Below are positions 39,008 through 48,359 of a stretch of 64,000 nt of DNA, in pieces. The translations under genes and the position numbers were made by a program. Position 1 is the stretch's first letter; every line of letters begins with the position of its first letter. The stretch covers positions 1,038-65,037 of the forward strand of contig JAZKGK010000025.1 in the NCBI GenBank assembly GCA_040385915.1, read 5' to 3'. The notes under the pieces are model-generated. The model did no database searches. It saw nothing but the letters and a program-made list of their open reading frames with translations, and had not been told where the DNA came from. Source of the DNA: Bacteroidota bacterium (GTDB lineage Bacteria > Bacteroidota > Bacteroidia > Cytophagales > ES-bin-26).

Positions 39008-39517
39008 ATGTTTACCCTAACCAATAGCCTATTAGTCATTACCGCCACCACAACCGCACTCATTGCCGGACTTCTGTATGGGTATTCCTGTTCGGTAAAT
39101 TTGGGATTAGGGCGTTTGCCCGATGCCGAATACCTGGCAGCGATGCAGTCTATCAATAGCGCCATCCAGAATCCTCTTTTCTTCGCAAGCTTTTTGGGCA
39201 GCCTATTGCTGTTGCCGCTAAGCACCTACTTGCACTATGCGCAACCGGCATCTACTCGATTTTGGTTTTTACTGGCCGCTACGACAGTGTATTTACTGAC
39301 GGTATTTGGTGTCACGGTTTTGGGCAATGTCCCGCTAAACGAGGCGCTTGAATCATTCAATTTACCACAGGCATCTAGCGACGATATCGCCATCCAAAGA
39401 GCTCGGTTCGAGAAGCCTTGGAATTATCTGCATACCATGCGCACGATCGGAGCTACGCTTACCATAGTCTTGGTAATCATCGCTTGCCTCTACCCAAAAT
39501 TAGCTAAAGTAGATTGA
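39008..39517 (+). CDS. DUF1772 / anthrone oxygenase family membrane protein
   Basis: YLAAMQSIN, GVTVLGNVPLNEAL and RARFEKPWN..H..RT motifs. Confidence 0.85.
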   Translation: MFTLTNSLLVITATTTALIAGLLYGYSCSVNLGLGRLPDAEYLAAMQSINSAIQNPLFFASFLGSLLLLPLSTYLHYAQPASTRFWFLLAATTVYLLTVFGVTVLGNVPLNEALESFNLPQASSDDIAIQRARFEKPWNYLHTMRTIGATLTIVLVIIACLYPKLAKVD

Positions 39518-39649
39518 AGGATAAACAAAAGGCTAGTTTGAAACGCATTTGCTTGAAATGCAAGCAGGTGACTAAGAAAATCGCCACAGTCAATTGGTCT
39601 GAAGCCATTGATTTTTGTCTCATGAACCACTACTCAAAAATTAACCCGT

Positions 39650-40513
39650 ATGAAATTTGGAATGAATCTCCTGCTTTGGACTACCCAAATGGAGGAAAAA
39701 ATGCTGCCAGTACTCGAAAAAATCAAGGCCATGGGTTTCGACGGCGTTGAAGTACCTATCTTCGACGTAAATCCGGCCAAATGGCAAGCCTGGTCTAAAC
39801 GGCTGGATGACATCGGCTTAGAACGCATCGCCGTGACCTTTTGTGGAGCCGAATTCAATGCGATAAGCCCGGAAATCAGTACGCGGCAGCAAGCACTGGA
39901 ACGCAACCAGTTGGCCGTTGAATGCACCCAGGCATTGGGCGCTACGCTATTGACTGGCCCCTACCACTCAGCCCTGGGCGTTTTTACTGGAAAAGGCGCT
40001 ACCGAACAGGAATGGGCCTGGAGTATAGAACACACGCAGAAAATGGCTGAGAAAGCCAAAAATAGCGGTGTAATGCTAGGCATCGAATACCTGAACCGCT
40101 TTGAGAACTATTTACTTACTTCTGCCGCCGATACGGTTCGATACGTACAGGACGTCAATCATCCCTCCTGTCAGATGATGTACGATACTTTCCATGCCAA
40201 CATTGAAGAAAAAGACCTGGCGGCTTCTATCACGTCGAGCGCAAAGCGGCTAGTGCATGTGCAGATTTCTGAAAATGACCGCAGTACGCCAGGCAAAGGC
40301 CATATCAACTGGAAAGCCATTTTTGATGCCCTCACGGCCATACAATACGATGGTTGGCTGTCTATTGAAGCCTTTGGACTGACCCCGCCCGATCTGGCTT
40401 CTGCTGCCCATATTTACCGCCGGATGTTTACCAGCGAAGACCAACTGGCTAGCGAAGGGCTGGCCTTTTTGAAGTCAGAGATAAAAAACCGAACCACAAT
40501 TGCTTGTCCCTAA
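39650..40513 (+). CDS. Sugar isomerase/epimerase, D-tagatose/D-psicose 3-epimerase-like TIM barrel
   Basis: GFDGVE, IEYLNRFE, YDTFHANIEE, HVQISENDR..PGKG and YDGWLSIEAF. Confidence 0.88.
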   Translation: MKFGMNLLLWTTQMEEKMLPVLEKIKAMGFDGVEVPIFDVNPAKWQAWSKRLDDIGLERIAVTFCGAEFNAISPEISTRQQALERNQLAVECTQALGATLLTGPYHSALGVFTGKGATEQEWAWSIEHTQKMAEKAKNSGVMLGIEYLNRFENYLLTSAADTVRYVQDVNHPSCQMMYDTFHANIEEKDLAASITSSAKRLVHVQISENDRSTPGKGHINWKAIFDALTAIQYDGWLSIEAFGLTPPDLASAAHIYRRMFTSEDQLASEGLAFLKSEIKNRTTIACP

Positions 40514-40561
40514 CCTGTCGATTCTTAACTTGAACCCAACATCTAACAAACCTTACAATTT

Positions 40562-41701
40562 ATGAGCAAAAAAGTAAACATTGCCATCGTTGGTTTAGGC
40601 TTCGGAGCTGAATTTATTCCGATTTACCAAAGGCATCCCAACGTGAATATGTACGCCATTTGTCAGCGATCGAAAGACAAGCTCGATGCCATTGGAGATA
40701 CGTTTGGCATCGAAAAGCGCTACACCGATTTTGAAGAACTGCTAAAAGACCCCAATGTAGACGCTGTACACATCAATTCACCCATTCACTACCACGCGCA
40801 ACAAAGCTTGGCGGCTTTGAAAGCGGGGAAACACGTCGCTTGCACAGTACCTATGGCAACCACCGTGGACGAATGCAGGCAAATTGTAGAAGCCCAACGC
40901 GCATCAGGGAAGAAATATATGATGATGGAAACGGTTGTTTACAGCCGGGAATTCCTGTTTGTGAAGGAATTGTACGAAAAAGGCGAATTAGGAAAAGTCC
41001 AGTTCTTAAAAGCCAGCCATCAGCAGGACATGGACGGTTGGCCTAACTATTGGCCAGGTTTGCCGCCGATGCACTATGCTACCCACTGCGTAGGACCAGT
41101 AGCCGGCTTGCTTCGCCTGGAAGCGGAGTATGTCTCCTGCTTTGGCTCAGGCACCATTCGCGAAGAACTGATAGCCCATTACAACTCTCCCTTTGCCGTT
41201 GAAAGCGCACACATCAAGTTCAAAGACAGCGACTTAAGCGCTTACGTATACCGATCTCTGTTTGATACTGCCCGCCAATACCGCGAAAGCTTTGAAGTTT
41301 ACGGCAGCAAGAAATCATTCGAATGGCCACTGGTAGAAGGAGCGAACCCGATTATTCACACAGCGAAAAAGGCTGAACACGAGATTCCTGCTGAGGTAGA
41401 AGTGCCCGATTATGCGCATTTGCTCCCCGAAGCCATCCGTCAGTTTACCAGACATGGCGTGTATGACATTGATGACAACCAGCATTTGTCGTTTCTTCAG
41501 GGAAGTGGACACGGCGGCTCGCATCCGCACATGGCACACGAATTCGTGACGAGCATTCTGGAAGACCGTGATCCTTTTCCCAATGCCGCGCAATCGGCCA
41601 ACTGGACAAGCGTAGGTATTTTGGCGCACGAGTCAGCCCTAAAAGGGGGAGAAATTGTCCGCGTGCCCGATTTTTCTGCCGTAAAGCTCCAAATATCTTA
41701 A
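40562..41701 (+). CDS. Gfo/Idh/MocA family NAD(P)-dependent oxidoreductase
   Basis: IAIVGLGFG Rossmann motif; H..Q...AL.AGKHV.C.VP; LPPMHYATH; GHGGSHPH. Confidence 0.9.
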   Translation: MSKKVNIAIVGLGFGAEFIPIYQRHPNVNMYAICQRSKDKLDAIGDTFGIEKRYTDFEELLKDPNVDAVHINSPIHYHAQQSLAALKAGKHVACTVPMATTVDECRQIVEAQRASGKKYMMMETVVYSREFLFVKELYEKGELGKVQFLKASHQQDMDGWPNYWPGLPPMHYATHCVGPVAGLLRLEAEYVSCFGSGTIREELIAHYNSPFAVESAHIKFKDSDLSAYVYRSLFDTARQYRESFEVYGSKKSFEWPLVEGANPIIHTAKKAEHEIPAEVEVPDYAHLLPEAIRQFTRHGVYDIDDNQHLSFLQGSGHGGSHPHMAHEFVTSILEDRDPFPNAAQSANWTSVGILAHESALKGGEIVRVPDFSAVKLQIS

Positions 41702-41705
41702 GTAG

Positions 41706-41782
41706 ATAGTGGTTAGGTGTTAGCAATGAGTTAATAGACTGACTAAAAGGCTAATCCCTAACAACTAATTACTAACATCTAA
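41706..41782. repeat. Inverted TTAG/CTAA heptamer arrays inside an operon spacer
   Basis: TAG/TTAG units at 41707-41737, then CTAA x6 at 7-8-nt period to 41782. Confidence 0.7.
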
Positions 41783-41830
41783 TGACAACCTTATCACTTC
41801 ATCACCTTTCTCACTTTTCAAAAAAAAGTC

Positions 41831-44800
41831 ATGCATTTTCCACCTACCTATAAAAGGCATAGACGCACCGGCGCATTGCTCGTGTTATTACCATTTATCT
41901 TCCTGGCACTCTCCTACTGTACTACAGGTAAGAAGCCAGCTTCCCAATCAGATGCAGCAACTTCAGCGAAAGGGAAAAAAGCGCGTCGAATTGAGATCTT
42001 ATTTCTGGGCGATAATGGCCATCACAAACCAATAGAACGGCTTCCGTCGCTCATGGAGGGCTTGGGCGCGAAAGGAATCAACTTTACCTATACCGACAAA
42101 CTCGAAGATCTCAATCCGGCCAATCTGAATAAGTATGATGGTTTGATGATTTATGCCAACTGGGATTCCATTGGCAAGCCTCAGGAAAAAGCTCTGCTGG
42201 ATTTTGTCGCTTCCGGTAAAGGCCTGATACCGCTCCATTGTGCTTCATTCTGCTTCCGTAACTCACCGGAATACGTAAAGATGGTCGGCGGCCAGTTCTG
42301 GCGGCACACGACTGATACGATTCAGGCCATGATTACCCAGCCCAACCATGCGGCTATTGCAGGCGTGTCCTCGTTCAAATCGTTTGATGAAACCTATCTT
42401 CATCAACAACTACAGCCCGACAATATTGTGCTGATGGAGCGGGAGATAAAGGCAGATCAGGCAGCGGACAAGCCAGGGCAAAAAACGGAGCCTTTTACCT
42501 GGGTTCGTACCCACGGCAAAGGCCGCGTATTTTATACCGCTTATGGCCACGATGACCGAACATTTACCAATCCTGGCTTCCATGCCTTGATAGAGAAAGG
42601 CATTCTTTGGGCCGTGGGCGATCGGGTAAAGCAACTCCACGATGACCTGAACCCACAGCCATTCACGTATAAAGAAGCCAATCTGCCTAACTACGAAAAA
42701 CGATCTGGCCCGCAGTTAGAGCAAAATGCCCTATCGCCAGAGGAATCAATGAAGCACATTCAGGTGCCCGTTGATTTTACCCTGGAGCTGTTTGCCCACG
42801 AACCAGAGGTGATGCACCCGATTGCGATGACCTGGGATGAACGCGGACGAATGTTTGTACTCATAACCAAAGACTATCCTAACGAACGCAAACCACAAGG
42901 TGGAAGCGACTATATTCTTCTTTGTGAGGATACCAATAAAGATGGAAAGGCGGACAAATTTACCCGCTACGCCGAAGGACTAAGCATTCCGACCGGGCTG
43001 GTTTGCTACGATGGCGGACTGATTGTAACCCAGGCACCTGACATGCTGTATATAAAAGATACCAATGGCGATGACAAAGCGGATGTCCGAAAGACGCTAT
43101 TTACGGGTTTCGGAACGTCTGATACGCACGCGGGACCTTCTAACCTGCACTATGGTTTCGATAACTGGATTTGGGGTTGTGTAGGCTATGCCGGTTTCAA
43201 AGGAAAGGTCGGTAATGATTCACTTCAATTTGGCCAGGGATTTTTCAGATTCAAACCCGATGGATCGAAACTGGAATACCTCACCCGCACGTCTAACAAC
43301 ACCTGGGGATTTGCCTTCAACGAAAACGGCGATGTGTTTGGCTCCACAGCCAACAACTCCCACGGCTGGTATATGCCCATTCCAAACCGGTATCTCCACG
43401 CTGCTCCAGGATTAGACAATGGCAGCACCGGCACCGATACCCACAAGGATATGAAGCCAATCACCGCCAAAGTACGGCAAGTAGACGTATTTGGTGGCTT
43501 TACTGCCGCCGCTGGCCATAACTTCTACACTGCCCGCGCTTTCCCGAAATCGTACTGGAATAAGGTGGCTTTCGTTGCTGAACCAACCGGACATCTTTTG
43601 CACCAGAACACCATGGTGAAAAACGGTACTAACTACGAAGACCAAGACGGCTTTAACTTACTGGCTGGAGCCGATGAATGGGTAGCACCCGTGTTTGCCG
43701 AAGTAGGTCCCGACGGAGCCGTGTGGATAGCGGATTGGTACAGCTTTATTATCCAGCACAATCCCCAACCAGATGGATTTAAGACAGGTACCGGCAATGC
43801 CTACGAAACCGACCTGCGCGACTATACGCACGGACGCATCTACCGTGTGGGTTACAAGCAAGCACCCGCCTATCAACCAATCAAGCTTAGCAAAGACCGG
43901 CCACAGGAACTGGTAGCAACGCTCAAAAACAACAATCTATTCTGGCGTCAGCATGCGCAACGGATGCTGGTAGAAAGGGGAAACCGTGATGTAGTGCCAC
44001 AACTGCTGGCTTTGGTAAATGATTCTTCGGTGGATGAAATCGGTATTAACCCAGGAGCTATTCACGCGCTTTGGACACTTCATGGACTAGAAGCATTGAA
44101 TGGCTCTGACGTTTTGGCGATGCAGGCAGTCGCTTCAGCCTTGAAACACCCCAGTGCAAGCGTTCGACAAAATGCCATTCAAGTACTATCACACAATGCA
44201 GTTATGGCTGAAGTACTCGTACAAGCGAATACACTACAGGACAAAGAGCCATTGGTAGTCTTAAATACACTATTGGCCTTGTCTGAAATGCCGCTTTCGG
44301 CAAATGTAGAAAAGGCGATTCTGGCCAGGCTTGGCCAAATTACTGAAACGAACGATCGTTGGTTGCCCGATGCCTTTGTCTGTGCACTCACCAGCCACGA
44401 AGGTAAATTGATGAAATCATTTCTGAAACAAGCTATTGCAAAAGCTGCTACCCAGCCGAAAGCAATGGATCATTCTGCCATGAGCGGACATCAGTCCCAT
44501 GCAGTTATGGCTGAAGCCAATCGCACCCATGCGTCAGCCACTGCTGCCAAGGTAAACATAGCAGGCAGCAAACCTGATTTGGTCATCACCGCTGTACGAA
44601 CCGTACCGGCTAATCCAGCTATACGGGAAACGGCTCGCATCTTTGTAGATGTAAAAAACCAGGGCGGAACAGCTATTCCTAAAGGCACCATAACGCCCCT
44701 GGCTATTCGTATTGAGGGAGCAAACAAACTCATCAATTCTATTAGTAATGTATATACTGACGGATTGGCACCAGGAGCAAGCACGACCATTGAAAGAGAA

Positions 44801-45625
44801 AACAACGGCCCCTGGACTGGACCGATCGCATTCCATTCTGAGCAGCCAGGCACATTTACCATTACTGTGGCGGTAGATCGCAACAATACAATAGCCGAGG
44901 AAAACGAAATGAACAATACGTTTACGCAAAAGCTAGTGTACAACGCCCCTCAGAGCTTTGCTAGCTACGTACTGGAACGCGCCTCTCGCAGCTATGCTTC
45001 GGTGGCTTCAGCCGACTCGGTTATCGCGCTGTTACGGCAGTCGCAGCAATTGGATGCCGCCGGAAGCCAGGCTTTGGTAAAGGGACTTTCTAATGGTTGG
45101 GACAACAAACGCAAAGCGACCATTCAGAATGCCGACAAGCCATTCCTGGTTAGCCTGAGCACTACCATTGCCGAGGACAATCGCGAACGGTTCAACCAGA
45201 TGCTACAAGCTTGGGGAATGCAAACAGCCAGCGAAACGGTTGATCCCAATACCCAGATCATTCGCATGCGGGTAGTAAAGGAAGCATTGAAATTTGACCA
45301 AAAAGAGTTTACTGTAATGGCTGGAAAATCGGTAGAGATTGTATTTGAAAACCCGGACGCCATGCAGCATAACCTGGTCATTGGTAAGCCAAAATCGCTG
45401 GACATCATCGGTGCGGCTGCCGACAAAATGATTACTGCGAAAGACGGTGCCGAACGGAATTATGTGCCTTCCATTCCACAAGTGCTATTTGCCACCAAGT
45501 TGGTAAATCCCGACAACTCTTTTCGACTGAAGTTTACCGCCCCCACGCAAGCCGGAGATTACCCCTTCGTTTGCACCTTCCCCGGCCACTGGCGGGTAAT
45601 GAATGGCGTGATGAAAGTGAAATAA
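41831..45625 (+). CDS. Lipoprotein: ThuA-like domain + PVC-type dehydrogenase beta-propeller + HEAT-like repeats + CARDB + C-terminal cupredoxin (azurin/auracyanin-like)
   Basis: Lipobox LSYC; ThuA-like GKGRVFYTAYGHD; LFAHEP..HPIAMTWDERGR, DTHAGPSNL, GPDGAVWIADWY, HGRIYR; KPDLVI...VDRNNTIAEENEMNN; HNLVI...CTFPGHWRVM type-1 Cu ligands. Confidence 0.85.
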   Translation: MHFPPTYKRHRRTGALLVLLPFIFLALSYCTTGKKPASQSDAATSAKGKKARRIEILFLGDNGHHKPIERLPSLMEGLGAKGINFTYTDKLEDLNPANLNKYDGLMIYANWDSIGKPQEKALLDFVASGKGLIPLHCASFCFRNSPEYVKMVGGQFWRHTTDTIQAMITQPNHAAIAGVSSFKSFDETYLHQQLQPDNIVLMEREIKADQAADKPGQKTEPFTWVRTHGKGRVFYTAYGHDDRTFTNPGFHALIEKGILWAVGDRVKQLHDDLNPQPFTYKEANLPNYEKRSGPQLEQNALSPEESMKHIQVPVDFTLELFAHEPEVMHPIAMTWDERGRMFVLITKDYPNERKPQGGSDYILLCEDTNKDGKADKFTRYAEGLSIPTGLVCYDGGLIVTQAPDMLYIKDTNGDDKADVRKTLFTGFGTSDTHAGPSNLHYGFDNWIWGCVGYAGFKGKVGNDSLQFGQGFFRFKPDGSKLEYLTRTSNNTWGFAFNENGDVFGSTANNSHGWYMPIPNRYLHAAPGLDNGSTGTDTHKDMKPITAKVRQVDVFGGFTAAAGHNFYTARAFPKSYWNKVAFVAEPTGHLLHQNTMVKNGTNYEDQDGFNLLAGADEWVAPVFAEVGPDGAVWIADWYSFIIQHNPQPDGFKTGTGNAYETDLRDYTHGRIYRVGYKQAPAYQPIKLSKDRPQELVATLKNNNLFWRQHAQRMLVERGNRDVVPQLLALVNDSSVDEIGINPGAIHALWTLHGLEALNGSDVLAMQAVASALKHPSASVRQNAIQVLSHNAVMAEVLVQANTLQDKEPLVVLNTLLALSEMPLSANVEKAILARLGQITETNDRWLPDAFVCALTSHEGKLMKSFLKQAIAKAATQPKAMDHSAMSGHQSHAVMAEANRTHASATAAKVNIAGSKPDLVITAVRTVPANPAIRETARIFVDVKNQGGTAIPKGTITPLAIRIEGANKLINSISNVYTDGLAPGASTTIERENNGPWTGPIAFHSEQPGTFTITVAVDRNNTIAEENEMNNTFTQKLVYNAPQSFASYVLERASRSYASVASADSVIALLRQSQQLDAAGSQALVKGLSNGWDNKRKATIQNADKPFLVSLSTTIAEDNRERFNQMLQAWGMQTASETVDPNTQIIRMRVVKEALKFDQKEFTVMAGKSVEIVFENPDAMQHNLVIGKPKSLDIIGAAADKMITAKDGAERNYVPSIPQVLFATKLVNPDNSFRLKFTAPTQAGDYPFVCTFPGHWRVMNGVMKVK

Positions 45626-45677
45626 GCAGTCGGATATCAGTGAACAAGCGGCAGGTGAAAAATCCGAAAGGGCGAAT

Positions 45678-45724
45678 AATCTCATCAATCCTTGGCAGGT
45701 TTTCTAGCAAGGGTTGATGGGATT
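45678..45724 (+). terminator. Terminator hairpin after the operon
   Basis: AATCTCATCAATCCTTG...CAAGGGTTGATGGGATT followed by CTTTATT. Confidence 0.6.
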
Positions 45725-45912
45725 CTTTATTGTGGAATATTATTGAGTAAGTTTAAATCCTCTAAAGCGACTCCATAGCCATCGTATGGATTTCCCTAGG
45801 CTAGTAATGCAAAAAAATCAGTTACTTACCAAAGTCAAAGTCTCTAAAAGCTTAGGCTTTTTTAATTGGCTATCAAGGCTTTACTGAAATTGTTGAATAA
45901 TAACGTATCTGT

Positions 45913-47013
45913 ATGAAAAACAAAGTGTGGTTCCTCAATTTGGATGGATTGCGCTTTTTAGCTTTTCTATCAGTTTTTTTATCCCATAGCTTCTATACAA
46001 AGGATACTTCCATCTTTCAAAGCCTATATCCTCTAATAAAGAAATTAATTTATATAGGTAGTTTCGGTGTTGATTTTTTCTTTGTCCTGTCAAGTTATCT
46101 TATTACCTACTCATTGCTTACAGAAGAAGCATTAACCAATCATATCAATATACCTCGTTTTTATGCCCGAAGGTTATTGCGAATTTGGCCTTTATACTAT
46201 GTTTGCTTACTATTTGGCTTCTTGATTTTCCCCTTATTCAAGTCTTTTTTGAAACTTCCCCAAAATGAAGTAGCCAATCCACTCCTTTACTTTACATTCT
46301 TAGGCAATTTCGATTATATTTTGAACGGCTCTCCAATTACATCATTTCTTGGAGTGTTTTGGTCAGTGGCTATAGAGGAACAATTTTATTTAACTTGGCC
46401 TATTATATTAGTTTTGGTTAAATCCAGACGGGCAATCCTTTTTATATCGTTGATTGCTATTTCCATTGTTTTTAGGTATACCCAGGCTAGCAACGAAACT
46501 GTCTTATATTTTCATACCCTAAGTACTTTATCAGCCTTGGCTACCGGTGCACTATCCGCATGGCTTTGTCTTACCTTTACATCATTTACTCTTTTCTTTA
46601 AAAATCTAAAAAAGACACCCATTTTATTGATTTATATAGTAGGTATTCTATTGATTCTAAACGTAGAAACAATATTTATTGGAAATGTACTGATAGCATT
46701 TGAAAGAGTCATCATCGCTATTTTCTTTTCATTTGTCATACTTGAACAGAACTACGCAAAGCATTCAGTCTGTAAAATCACCTCATTTAGGCTATTATCT
46801 AACCTGGGTAAATACACCTATGGGCTTTACTGCCTTCATCTGATTGTCTTATTATTCATTAGCAGTTTTTTTGGGCTGTTTAGATTGAAAGAGTCAATAT
46901 TTACATTGGCTTTTCAAAGCATATTAGCCTTACTAGTGAGTCTGGCTTCAAGTTGGGTAAGCTACCATTATTTTGAAAAGCACTTTCTCCAATGGAAAAA
47001 AAAGTTCGTATAA
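45913..47013 (+). CDS. Acyltransferase family 3 (OafA/YrhL-like) membrane protein
   Basis: LDGLRFLA, GVDFFFVLS, FYARRLLRIWPLY, WSVAIEEQFY, LGKYTYGLYCLH and SYHYFEK. Confidence 0.92.
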   Translation: MKNKVWFLNLDGLRFLAFLSVFLSHSFYTKDTSIFQSLYPLIKKLIYIGSFGVDFFFVLSSYLITYSLLTEEALTNHINIPRFYARRLLRIWPLYYVCLLFGFLIFPLFKSFLKLPQNEVANPLLYFTFLGNFDYILNGSPITSFLGVFWSVAIEEQFYLTWPIILVLVKSRRAILFISLIAISIVFRYTQASNETVLYFHTLSTLSALATGALSAWLCLTFTSFTLFFKNLKKTPILLIYIVGILLILNVETIFIGNVLIAFERVIIAIFFSFVILEQNYAKHSVCKITSFRLLSNLGKYTYGLYCLHLIVLLFISSFFGLFRLKESIFTLAFQSILALLVSLASSWVSYHYFEKHFLQWKKKFV

Positions 47014-47248
47014 ATTAGAAAACGCCCTTTAAGAGAGTATTATCTGTATAGCAAAAATATAATTCAAACCGCAGAAAAATCAGAATTAAGTCCTCAATAT
47101 ATTACGCTTTAGAAGTCATTCGCCGCCAAAAAGGTTTTAACTGCCGAGTATGCCGTTTTACCTATCTAATAATTCCTATTAAACAGATGCCGTCTGTTAA
47201 CTTTAGTATAGTTAAACGAATAGGTGGTACACATAAACAGGAATTTAT

Positions 47249-47575
47249 ATGAAAGCTCTTACATTTTGTCTGCTAATTTTGACAATTACGTCCTGCCAAC
47301 GCTATGTCGTTGTATCGACACACGAAGGCGTAGATGTACATTTGCAAGGAAATCGTATTGTGTTATTTGACACAGTCAATAATTACCGGAGCTATTTTGT
47401 AAAAGGTGCTTATAAGCAGTTTTCACAAAATCACGATTTAAATAGCTTACTAGCTAAGACTAAGGAAACTAAACTTGTTCAGGCAGAGATAAATACAACT
47501 GATTCTCGGTATGTAGAGAAAAAAGCAGAAAAGAGTATGAAACAAGAAGTTATCTTAAATGCTTCCTTCCAATAA
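47249..47575 (+). CDS. Hypothetical lipoprotein
   Basis: MKALTFCLLILTITSC lipobox. Confidence 0.6.
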   Translation: MKALTFCLLILTITSCQRYVVVSTHEGVDVHLQGNRIVLFDTVNNYRSYFVKGAYKQFSQNHDLNSLLAKTKETKLVQAEINTTDSRYVEKKAEKSMKQEVILNASFQ

Positions 47576-47635
47576 TGGACAATAGCTCGCTAAAAAGCAC
47601 AGATAGCTTGGTGAGAAACTACAACGAAAGCTGGT

Positions 47636-48277
47636 CTACTTTCCTTTCAGATAATTGTAGTAAGTGATAATTTTGATTAGATCCTCTCGATTATCGAAGT
47701 CTAATCTTCCTTCTTTCACAAAGCCCTTGATATCTTCCTGGTGGTCTTTCACGAGGTAAAAAAAATCCTTTTTGTTGCCCATAAATCGCTTGATATTACC
47801 GGTTGGATAACCAAAGAAATAATCAAAAACAATGCGGGTGCGGGTAGTATTATAGGCAGGACGCCCCATACCATAACCCATTCCATAAGGCCCAGCATTA
47901 TAATTTGGAACTGATACCGTCTCTAGTTTTTCACGACACAGAAGCGTAATGTCTCCCTGGGTAAGCAACTCAAAGAAAAACGGAACTTTATAAGCAGAAG
48001 TAGCGCTGTAAGGCAAGGTATAAAAATGGCGCGTTGTCTCGTGGATGGCATCATAGATAGAAAAAGAAATTATTTTCCGGGCAGAATAAGCCTTCACTGA
48101 CTCAAAAGTTCTGAGCTCCAATAAGTTATCATTCAAGTCAAACCGAATACTGCCCTTCAGGGAATCTTCTGTATCCAGCAACACCGTACCATCATACCAA
48201 ACCTCCTGCTTGAATGTTTGAGCCTGACCTGGCAAGCCTACTAGGCATACGAACCACAGTATAAATAAGCTCCTCAT
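47636..48277 (-). CDS. Hypothetical exported protein
   Basis: Signal peptide ending GQAQ; W.DG.V.L...L.G and FFELL..G.I.LL.RE segments; downstream of ribBA. Confidence 0.7.
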   Translation of the reverse strand: MRSLFILWFVCLVGLPGQAQTFKQEVWYDGTVLLDTEDSLKGSIRFDLNDNLLELRTFESVKAYSARKIISFSIYDAIHETTRHFYTLPYSATSAYKVPFFFELLTQGDITLLCREKLETVSVPNYNAGPYGMGYGMGRPAYNTTRTRIVFDYFFGYPTGNIKRFMGNKKDFFYLVKDHQEDIKGFVKEGRLDFDNREDLIKIITYYNYLKGK

Positions 48278-48359
48278 CAAAGTTTATGAGTTTATAAGTT
48301 GTAAGAGTTAAGTAAGTAGCCTGTTACGCTGCCTTGTTTCAAGCTGATAGTTCAAAAGC

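Noticed and set aside
42235-42256. HCASFC as a heme-c attachment site in the large lipoprotein
   Set aside because: Spacing is CxxxC with no following His, and it lies in the ThuA-like domain.
45628-45676. CGGAT...GGCAGGTGAAAATCCGAAAGGGCG segment as a riboswitch
   Set aside because: Only a brief resemblance to riboswitch words; it lies in a 3' UTR before a terminator and lacks the rest of any known consensus.
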